This document shows positions 58,140 through 64,000 of a DNA stretch of 64,000 bases, piece after piece (the first letter of the stretch is position 1; each line of letters begins with the position of its first letter). Position numbers and translations under genes: made by a program. The notes beneath the pieces are model-generated. The model had not been told where the DNA came from and ran no database searches. It worked only from the letters and a program-made list of their open reading frames with translations. Source of the stretch: a virus. Its lineage: Duplodnaviria > Caudoviricetes. The stretch is from IMG/VR virus record IMGVR_UViG_3300033122_000343. One strand, 5' to 3'.

Positions 58140-58830
58140 TCTCTACTTCTTTTATATGATGTGGTCTGTCTACTGCTCTTATTTTACCACAATTTAAATC
58201 ATAAGGCATCACATTATATTTACCACAAAACCCAATAGTATCTAGTCCTTTCCAATATTTCACGAAGGTCATGTCAAGATTTGGAAAATCTTTTATTACG
58301 TCAAGACGATATAGATATAAACCTAATTGAGTTATAACGTTATCACATACAATATCTGGTCTCCTAAACATGTGTAATATTTTTCCATTGTTCACAACCA
58401 TTTTTACAACATCTTCATCATCCATTTCTCCCTCCTCTAATTTTCTAGATGATTGAACCATGTCGTAATCATTATCTATTCCATATTCAATCATAGAATC
58501 AATCCACCATGATTTTGTTAAGGGTTCATCTCCCTGTAAATTAAAGACGTAATCACATTCTAAATTGTTTGCAACTTCTGAAACTCTATGTGTGCAAGTG
58601 TAATGATATTTTGTTATGACAGAAAGAAAACCCTCATCATGTGCGAGATTAAGAATCTCTGAATCTTCAGTAGCAATAATAACTTGGTCAACATATCTTG
58701 CTTCTTTTGCAATATCTGCAACTCTTAATATCATTTCCCTACCATTTATCTTAGCAAGAGGTTTATTTGGAAATCTACTTGATTGTAGTCTCGCTGGTAT
58801 GACACATGTAATTTTTTTTCCTTTATACAT
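58117..58830 (-). CDS. kdsB: CMP-Kdo synthetase-like cytidylyltransferase
   Basis: VIPARLQSSRFPNKPLAKING..MI; ATED; T.RV.EV; NLQGDEP; VVKMV; GLYLY; AVD. Confidence 0.8.
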   Translation of the reverse strand: MYKGKKITCVIPARLQSSRFPNKPLAKINGREMILRVADIAKEARYVDQVIIATEDSEILNLAHDEGFLSVITKYHYTCTHRVSEVANNLECDYVFNLQGDEPLTKSWWIDSMIEYGIDNDYDMVQSSRKLEEGEMDDEDVVKMVVNNGKILHMFRRPDIVCDNVITQLGLYLYRLDVIKDFPNLDMTFVKYWKGLDTIGFCGKYNVMPYDLNCGKIRAVDRPHHIKEVENELKNSI

Positions 58831-59917
58831 CGAAAGTATAATCTGTTAGTGATTTAAGTCCTTCGACCTCTCTTTCATGTATTATGCCACGCTTCCTCAT
58901 ATCTTTCAAGTTCCTTATACTAATATAATCCTTCGCAATACTTTCATATTCTTTTCTTTTGGGAAAATCGCCTGGGTGAGTATAATCACGAGGAAATTCT
59001 TTTTGAAAACCAAAAGTCTTGTTATAATCATCTCTGTCTAAATTAAAATAATTGCGTTCAACTCCCTTTATCTTAAGATACCATTCAATCCTTCTTATAC
59101 CTCTGACAAAGCCGTCCAGGTATTTCCAAATTATTCTTTTATCTTTATCGTATGAAGACGAAACATCTCCACCCCAATATCTACATAATTTGCTTGTAAA
59201 ACAATCAACTAAATCTTCTTTATAAGGTATGATATTATATCCCAATTTATATTTTTCTATAACATAATCTTCACCAGCATCAGTAATTTTGGGCATAAGA
59301 TTACCTGGCATATGTCTTCCCATTATGACACCTGGTTCCAGTATGAAATCAACATCACATAATTCATCAAGAATAGGTGTTATAACTTCTGCATTTGTTT
59401 CCATATATGGATCTAAAAATGCTTTATAATATTTTTTAGAAGGAGAAACAGGAAAATATTTTTGTATTTCCCCACGCCATTTATCGGTAAAAAATACTTC
59501 AACAGGGTCTTTTCCATCCATCAAAACATCAGGCGGTTTTCTTTCATCTACGCTTCCAAAATATTTTTCCATTAAATATCCACCATTTTCTATTGTATTT
59601 GAGTGAAATTTTGCCATTTCTGAAAAATCACCTTTTGTAATTTGTGTTACATCATCCAAATATTTATGTCGCTCTTTATAATATTCATTACTAACTTCTC
59701 CATAGGTTGTTTTAGTTTTTATAGCACTTTCTAATTTTGAATTTCCTTTTCTTAACACGAATGATTTTTCTATTCTTTTTTTATAATTATTAGGATCATG
59801 CCATTGCTTGTAAATATAATATGGAGAATTACTTTTTACATAAGATTTTTTATGTATTTCGATAAGTTGCATTAAGTGCATCTTACCCATGTTTGGCACA
59901 GCCCAGTAGTTAATCAT
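58823..59917 (-). CDS. Hypothetical protein, paralog of 56361-57368
   Basis: Coupled to kdsB-like gene; FNLDRDDYNKTFGFQKEFPRDYTHP. Confidence 0.7.
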   Translation of the reverse strand: MINYWAVPNMGKMHLMQLIEIHKKSYVKSNSPYYIYKQWHDPNNYKKRIEKSFVLRKGNSKLESAIKTKTTYGEVSNEYYKERHKYLDDVTQITKGDFSEMAKFHSNTIENGGYLMEKYFGSVDERKPPDVLMDGKDPVEVFFTDKWRGEIQKYFPVSPSKKYYKAFLDPYMETNAEVITPILDELCDVDFILEPGVIMGRHMPGNLMPKITDAGEDYVIEKYKLGYNIIPYKEDLVDCFTSKLCRYWGGDVSSSYDKDKRIIWKYLDGFVRGIRRIEWYLKIKGVERNYFNLDRDDYNKTFGFQKEFPRDYTHPGDFPKRKEYESIAKDYISIRNLKDMRKRGIIHEREVEGLKSLTDYTFDV

Positions 59918-60891
59918 AATTTTGAATACATTTCAAGACATTTCTCACTAGGTGAGTGAGTCATTATATTATCTATCTTACCTTTTAACCATAAGTATGA
60001 TTTATATGAATCTTCATCATGTTTTATGTTTCCTGCTGGTAAAAAACCTCCCCGCCGTAAATTACGGGACAACTGTTCAGGGCTCTCCAATCTTTCTAAT
60101 CCTAAACTCTTTATAGTAAGATACTTCCTGTCATTATAAGATATGTCATTCCATTTCTCTGTCCAATGAAAATAATCTCGCTGCACCTGGTTCAGGGTTT
60201 CATATCCCCACTTTAGTTGCATAACCCATTTATCTGTTCTTTTGAATTGATCCTCTTCATATGTCTTGGTGCGATACTTTCTTATATCATCATATATGAT
60301 TACATTCTTATCAAGAAATTCAGAATAATACATGTCAGTGTTTGGCCATGGTATGTAAATATTTTCATGTTCCATGATTAATTTAGATAATCTAAGTTGT
60401 CTGGTTTCAGGATTATCTAATCTTTCGTAAGGAAATCCGTGTAAATTTAATTTAGTCCACTCTTGCCATACATCACAAACCCTGAATGGCACTAGAAAAT
60501 GTATTGGTTTGGGTGCTGAATCAATAACTTCCTGCACTGATTTCCAATCTCCCCATTCACGAATCGTTTTCTGATCATCTCTTGGTAAGAAGAATAGAGA
60601 ACCTTTTGGTTCTTCGCACGAAGAAACAACTCTACCAGCATCCAATAAAAATGGTGCTATACCATAATAACTAGTCATTATATTACTTCTCTCTAGTTTC
60701 TTAGCATGGAAATCAGTCCATACATATGTTTGTCTTGAGCCGTGGCATTCAGGCGTTGTATAAATCCAGTCTCTTTTTCCCACCACTTCTCTACACCAAC
60801 CAGGTATAATACCAAAACTTAGTTCTCTATCATAAGATAACGAAAGATATCGGCATAACGAATGATGCCACTTCTCACTGAAATGAGCCAT
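59914..60891 (-). CDS. Hypothetical protein (possible carbohydrate transferase)
   Basis: Aromatic-rich, APFL/KGSLFFLP; cluster context only. Confidence 0.55.
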   Translation of the reverse strand: MAHFSEKWHHSLCRYLSLSYDRELSFGIIPGWCREVVGKRDWIYTTPECHGSRQTYVWTDFHAKKLERSNIMTSYYGIAPFLLDAGRVVSSCEEPKGSLFFLPRDDQKTIREWGDWKSVQEVIDSAPKPIHFLVPFRVCDVWQEWTKLNLHGFPYERLDNPETRQLRLSKLIMEHENIYIPWPNTDMYYSEFLDKNVIIYDDIRKYRTKTYEEDQFKRTDKWVMQLKWGYETLNQVQRDYFHWTEKWNDISYNDRKYLTIKSLGLERLESPEQLSRNLRRGGFLPAGNIKHDEDSYKSYLWLKGKIDNIMTHSPSEKCLEMYSKL

Positions 60892-61293
60892 CTAACACCA
60901 GATTTTGTCGCTTACATCTCCATCATTTCCATCTACCGTAGTTCTAGCAAAACCAACAGTTTCAGTCTTTTCATATAATAATGTATCTACTTCCTCGTCA
61001 GTAATCACACCTTTTTCTAAAAGCAATTGAACTAAACCCTGAGTTGATACTTCTACAGTTGTTTTTTCTACTGGTTGCCAAAGTAAGGGTGCTTTATATT
61101 TTCCTATCTCTCCAAATTCTTCATCTAATGCTCTCCTATATAATTCTCTTGAATGTGGTTCTACGTCATTTGCACAACATGTATAACTTAACCATTCTTC
61201 TGGCAATTCTTTAAAATCAACATCAAGAGTAATATGTGTTTTGTTTTGATTGCCAAAACGTGGGTTTTTACCCCTCAAAATTGTAAAATTCAT
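60892..61293 (-). CDS. Tail fibre assembly chaperone-like protein
   Basis: NPRF...I.LDV.F..L..W..YT....DVEPH.RELY.RAL..EFGEI..Y; follows fibre-tip gene. Confidence 0.7.
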   Translation of the reverse strand: MNFTILRGKNPRFGNQNKTHITLDVDFKELPEEWLSYTCCANDVEPHSRELYRRALDEEFGEIGKYKAPLLWQPVEKTTVEVSTQGLVQLLLEKGVITDEEVDTLLYEKTETVGFARTTVDGNDGDVSDKIWC

Positions 61294-61300
61294 TTAGTAA

Positions 61301-61969
61301 TTAAGAATAACGTAACCAAAGTGTTGCTGAATATGCAACAACAGTATTTACTGTAACGTTAGAGTTAACGTTGACAGCAGCAGTTCCATTACCAGACCCA
61401 GAAAAGTTTGCTGTTCCAGTACCTGTTCCACTTGAGTTGACAGTAAACGAATCTGCGTTGACACCGAAGTTACCTTTACCAGAAACGTTTACAGTTTGAC
61501 CAGATGCAGTTCCTGTGCCTGACACTGAAATACTATTTACTGAAACGTTACCAGAACCATTAACGTTCACAGAAACGTTTCCATTTCCTGACCCTGAAGC
61601 AGTACCAGTTCCAGTATTTGTTCGTGCTGCACCAGAATCATAACCCATACACCTCCAGTTACCTGAAGGTGTGTCAGTGTGTGTTCTACCCGTTGCATCT
61701 GCATAACGAAGTGAAGAACCTGCTAAAGTTTGACCAGGATTGTAAGAACTGTTGCCATCAGAGGTCTCCATAAATGCATAAGTACCAATTGCACCTATAG
61801 CTGCATTTGCATTTATACTTGCATCTTGTATAATTGTTGTTTCATTTATTGCACTAATTCTCTGATCAGAATCAACAGTAATAATTGGAATCTGGTTTGC
61901 AGATCCGTAATTTCCTGCACTAGGATCGACAGTTACATTAGCGTTTCCAGCATTTCCGTAAAAAGCCAT
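61301..61969 (-). CDS. Tail fibre tip / adhesin-like protein
   Basis: AG.YGSANQIPIITVD; GAIGTYAFM..GQTLAGSSLRY..PSGNWRCMG...ATLWLRYS. Confidence 0.7.
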   Translation of the reverse strand: MAFYGNAGNANVTVDPSAGNYGSANQIPIITVDSDQRISAINETTIIQDASINANAAIGAIGTYAFMETSDGNSSYNPGQTLAGSSLRYADATGRTHTDTPSGNWRCMGYDSGAARTNTGTGTASGSGNGNVSVNVNGSGNVSVNSISVSGTGTASGQTVNVSGKGNFGVNADSFTVNSSGTGTGTANFSGSGNGTAAVNVNSNVTVNTVVAYSATLWLRYS

Positions 61970-61991
61970 CTTTAATAAATCTCCATAATCT

Positions 61992-61999
61992 TATTTATA
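61992..61999 (-). promoter_or_regulatory. T4 consensus late promoter TATAAATA
   Basis: Exact match; GGAG RBS and ATG 61969 follow. Confidence 0.75.
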
Positions 62000-64000
62000 T
62001 TTCCTGTAAAAGGAATTTATACTTTTTACCAGATCTTCTATTAGTTAGGAATAAATCATCTTCACCTTCTTCTATTAAATATGAACCCCATGATCCATCG
62101 ATACTGTTTCCACCCTTTGCTTGGTTTGACATGTCTAAGTCAGAAGTATAAACGTTTGCCCATCTTGTTCCACTTGCACCTAAATTACGAGTACCGTTTG
62201 CATCTGGTAAAATATTGCCACCCATTGTCAGAGTTCCAGCCATTGAGTCTGATGTATCTGATCTCAAGAACGAAGCACTACTGATACCATCAAGTAAGTC
62301 AGCATCTAGTCCAGAACCTGAACCATCAACTGTCTTGATAAGTGTCAAGATTTCTGATGCTGTCTGATCGGCAGTCGCTCCAGATTCAATTCCGTCCAAC
62401 TTAGAATGATCTGCAGTGGTGAAGTTTTCGTCAGTTTGACTTGCAACAGAGAAATCTATCGTACCATCAGAGTCTTGATATGTTACTGTAATACCACTCT
62501 CAGTATTACCTGTAAGCATAGCACCAACTATGTCCTGAATCTCTTCATCTGTCTGGTCGGCAGTTGCTCCAGATTCAATTCCGTCCAACTTAGAATGATC
62601 TGCGTCAGTAAACACGTTACTGTCACTAGCACTTCCAACTAATGTACGAATTTCAGCAGCAGTTTGGTCAGCAGTCGCTGACGCTTCAATTCCGTCAAGT
62701 TTTGAACCATCTGTTGCTAGGTCTCTTCCATCAACAGTACCACCAACAGTGATGTTGTTTGTAACTGCAAGTGAACCGAGTGTGCCAACACTTGTTAGTG
62801 AAGATGATACAACACTTGAACCAAGTGTAGTAGCACTTAATATTGAACTATTGTTTATCTTATAGACCTTACCACTTGCAAGGTTCAAGTTTTCAGAAGC
62901 ACCCCAGTTATCGCCTGTTGCTTCAAAGTTGAATGTCTTGTTTCCGTCTCCAGATTCAACTGTAAAACCTGCACCGTTTGCAGCAGAGTCATCTGCAGCA
63001 CCTGTTGCAACTTGGAAGTTTTTGTCATCAATCGCAACTGTAGTAGAATTGATTGTGGTAGTCGTTCCGTTTACAGTTAGGTTTCCTGAAATGACAGCAT
63101 TGTCTGCAATGGTTGTAGTACCACCGTTTGAGTCTATCGTAAGATTACCTGATGATGTTGTTACAGTGTTACCATCAATTGTGACGTTATCAACATCAAG
63201 GGATGTAAGTCCATTGATATCTGTTCGTGAACCGCCAAGTGCGATTGAATCAGAACCAATCGTTATAGAACTATTAGAAAGTTTTGAATTTGCAATAGAA
63301 CCTGCCAACTGAGTATTGGTTATAGTACCAGTAAGACTTGAAGTAGGATAATTCGTTGCATCAGTCAAATCAAATGCTGGAGTTGCATCACTTCCACCTA
63401 GTGATAGTGATATGCCACCATAAGATACTGTACTGTTTGCTAACTTACCGTTAGCGATAGAACCTGCTAGTTGAGTATTGGTTATAGTACCACTTAGACT
63501 TGAGGTAGGATAGTTTGTTGCATCTGAAAGATCGAATGCTGGAGTTGCATCACTTCCACCTAGTGATAGTGATATGCCACCATAAGATACTGTACTGTTT
63601 GCTAACTTACCGTTAGCGATAGAACCTGCTAGTTGAGTATTGGTTATAGTGCCAGTAAGACTTGAAGTAGGGTAGTTTGTTGCATCAGTCAAATCAAATG
63701 CTGGAGTTGCATCACTTCCACCTAGAGATAGTGATATGCCACCATAAGATACTGTGCTGTTTGCTAACTTACCGTTTGCGATTGATCCAGCGAGTTTATC
63801 GTTAGCGATAGAACCTGCTAGTTGAGCATTGGTTATAGTACCACTCAGACTTGATGTAGGATAGTTTGTTGCATCAGTCAAATCAAATGCTGGTGTAGCA
63901 TCTGAAGCACCTAACGCTAGACTTATACCACCATAAGATACTGTACTGTTTGCTAACTTACCGTTTGCGATTGATCCAGCGAGTTTATCGTTAGCGATAG
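61995..64000 (-). CDS. Second long tail fibre protein (5' end beyond window)
   Basis: Frame open to 64000; DGSGSGLDADLLDG; C-terminal RWANVYTSDL.MSN..N.IDG.WG.Y.IEEGEDDLFL.NRRSGKKYKF. Confidence 0.88.
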   Translation of the reverse strand, partial: IANDKLAGSIANGKLANSTVSYGGISLALGASDATPAFDLTDATNYPTSSLSGTITNAQLAGSIANDKLAGSIANGKLANSTVSYGGISLSLGGSDATPAFDLTDATNYPTSSLTGTITNTQLAGSIANGKLANSTVSYGGISLSLGGSDATPAFDLSDATNYPTSSLSGTITNTQLAGSIANGKLANSTVSYGGISLSLGGSDATPAFDLTDATNYPTSSLTGTITNTQLAGSIANSKLSNSSITIGSDSIALGGSRTDINGLTSLDVDNVTIDGNTVTTSSGNLTIDSNGGTTTIADNAVISGNLTVNGTTTTINSTTVAIDDKNFQVATGAADDSAANGAGFTVESGDGNKTFNFEATGDNWGASENLNLASGKVYKINNSSILSATTLGSSVVSSSLTSVGTLGSLAVTNNITVGGTVDGRDLATDGSKLDGIEASATADQTAAEIRTLVGSASDSNVFTDADHSKLDGIESGATADQTDEEIQDIVGAMLTGNTESGITVTYQDSDGTIDFSVASQTDENFTTADHSKLDGIESGATADQTASEILTLIKTVDGSGSGLDADLLDGISSASFLRSDTSDSMAGTLTMGGNILPDANGTRNLGASGTRWANVYTSDLDMSNQAKGGNSIDGSWGSYLIEEGEDDLFLTNRRSGKKYKFLLQEI
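63285..64000 (-). repeat. At least four copies of the same 54-aa repeat as 8275-9425
   Basis: LANSTVSYGGISLSLGGSDATPAFDL.DATNYPTSSL.GTITN.QLAGSIAN.K, including the 9-aa insert variant. Confidence 0.92.

Noticed and set aside
1-64000. tRNA, rRNA, integrase or IS elements
   Set aside because: No cloverleaf or recombinase/transposase motifs seen by eye; the GGTTCAAATC box resembles a tRNA T-loop but lacks the surrounding arms. tRNAscan-SE was not run.

Overview
AT-rich segment of a T4-like marine myophage, most consistent with a cyanomyovirus (Prochlorococcus/Synechococcus phage type; host not provable from sequence). 1-34.2 kb is a minus-strand late structural block: neck gp14/gp13, fibre proteins, a VrlC-like protein in two ORFs, and baseplate gp8, gp7 (two ORFs), gp6 and gp25. 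34.2-44.9 kb is an accessory enzyme island: glycosyltransferase-like protein, carbamoyltransferase, two 2OG-Fe(II) oxygenases, twitch-type radical SAM, two SGNH-like proteins, HNH, sulfotransferase-like protein and NDP-sugar dehydrogenase. 45-56.3 kb is an early region of small genes with sigma70-type promoters that share two repeated DNA motifs; it also holds a repeat-rich non-coding origin/end-like locus, a manA-like ncRNA with its own promoter and terminator, and the CobS-like AAA+/VWA pair. 56.3-60.9 kb is a sugar-nucleotide cluster (HAD, SIS, KdsB-like), and 60.9-64 kb is a second tail-fibre module. The best novelty candidates are: (i) a T4 gene-60-like translational bypass signal at the VrlC split, (ii) an orientation-coded two-motif early promoter system, (iii) a radical SAM/carbamoyltransferase/micropeptide modification island, possibly acting on a G-[IVLFY]-[GSAT]-T motif that recurs throughout the virion proteins, and (iv) a 65-bp inverted repeat pair plus an unannotated three-way-junction RNA. 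All family calls come from motif recognition by eye; no searches were run.
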